Origin: Escherichia phage BME3
Sequence record: PP239276.1
DNA: 64,000 nucleotides
Strand: one strand, 5' to 3'
Shown: positions 63,552 through 64,000 of the stretch, one piece after another
Layout: every line of letters starts with the position of its first letter
How positions within the stretch are numbered: position 1 is the first letter of the stretch
Made by a program: the position numbers and the translations under genes
The notes under the pieces: generated by a model
What the model was told of the DNA's origin: nothing
Database searches by the model: none
Seen by the model: only the letters and a program-made list of their open reading frames with translations

Positions 63552-64000
63552 TTAGACTCCGTACTCGTAGGAAATATTATCAAGGTCAAAGGATGGTACA
63601 ACATTGTACGCTGGAGTGATATCTCCCTCATTATATTTACTGTCATCCTCAGTATTAAGTTTAACATAAACACGGAGAGAAGTCAAGCGTCCGAATGCAA
63701 GTGCAGAATAAATTACACCTTTTATCTGGTCGTTAGTTACTGTTGACCCTAATTCAAAATAAGCCTGTAAGTTTGCAAGAGCAGAAACAATATTTTCCCT
63801 TTCTGTTGTACTTAACACACTACCATTACCAGTTTGATATACCAGTTTAAGTGAGTATTCCGCATTATCACCAGGAGAAAAACGAATTACTTCTTGACCA
63901 CCATCTTCTGTTATGATAGTAATTGCTGTCGTACCATAAGTTAAGGTGTTAATAGGCTTAGTATTATAAATAACCTGTGCAACTTCTTCTGCTGTACCAC
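63552..64000 (-). CDS. structural protein, partial (5' end beyond window)
   Basis: Frame of ORF 63552..63818 stays open to position 64000; listed M is an internal GTG. Confidence 0.5.
   Translation of the reverse strand, partial: GTAEEVAQVIYNTKPINTLTYGTTAITIITEDGGQEVIRFSPGDNAEYSLKLVYQTGNGSVLSTTERENIVSALANLQAYFELGSTVTNDQIKGVIYSALAFGRLTSLRVYVKLNTEDDSKYNEGDITPAYNVVPSFDLDNISYEYGV

Noticed and set aside
1-64000. tRNA genes
   Set aside because: Scanned non-coding stretches (1-1480, 11615-12430, 18905-19068) by eye for cloverleaf signatures such as GTTCGAATC-type T-loops; none convincing. A dedicated tRNA scan would be needed to be certain.
1-64000. Integrated prophage or mobile element with integrase/transposase
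   Set aside because: No recombinase, integrase or transposase motifs seen; gene content is that of a virulent phage.

Overview
The window reads as part of a large virulent tailed-phage genome (AT-rich, roughly 40% GC by eye; no integrase or transposase seen; host-type sigma70 promoters and a lipobox imply a Gram-negative host). Layout: (i) 1-1240, AT-rich non-coding DNA with Fur-box-like repeats and a palindrome cluster; (ii) 1480-11240, a minus-strand early block of about 30 small genes, most preceded by a TTGACA-N16/17-TAnnnT promoter plus a GC-rich leader hairpin; (iii) 11250-12430, a divergent promoter region, one small plus-strand gene, a possible promoter-driven non-coding transcript, more Fur-box-like palindromes and three ~70 bp tandem repeats; (iv) 12428-16691, a minus-strand block with an AT-rich NADAR / Zn-ribbon gene pair, a classic AAA ATPase and membrane proteins; (v) 16748-53700, a long plus-strand block with a UvrD-like helicase, MazG-like and GatB/YqeY-like proteins, anaerobic ribonucleotide reductase NrdD/NrdG, a second AAA ATPase paralog, a Ter-like module (HAD, PRTase, macro domain, TerC, lipoprotein, TelA-like, vWA, TerD), a SleB-like exported hydrolase, four putative glycosyltransferases, a T7 gp4-like primase-helicase, family A DNA polymerase, a CCA-type nucleotidyltransferase head domain, SSB and a beta-class DNA methyltransferase; (vi) 53736-64000, minus-strand structural genes with three receptor-binding proteins, a tail-fibre assembly chaperone and a gene truncated by the window edge. 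All calls rest on motifs read by eye from the supplied translations and DNA; no database search was run. The best candidates for a novel system are the phage-borne Ter-like module and the NADAR/macro ADP-ribose-eraser pair.
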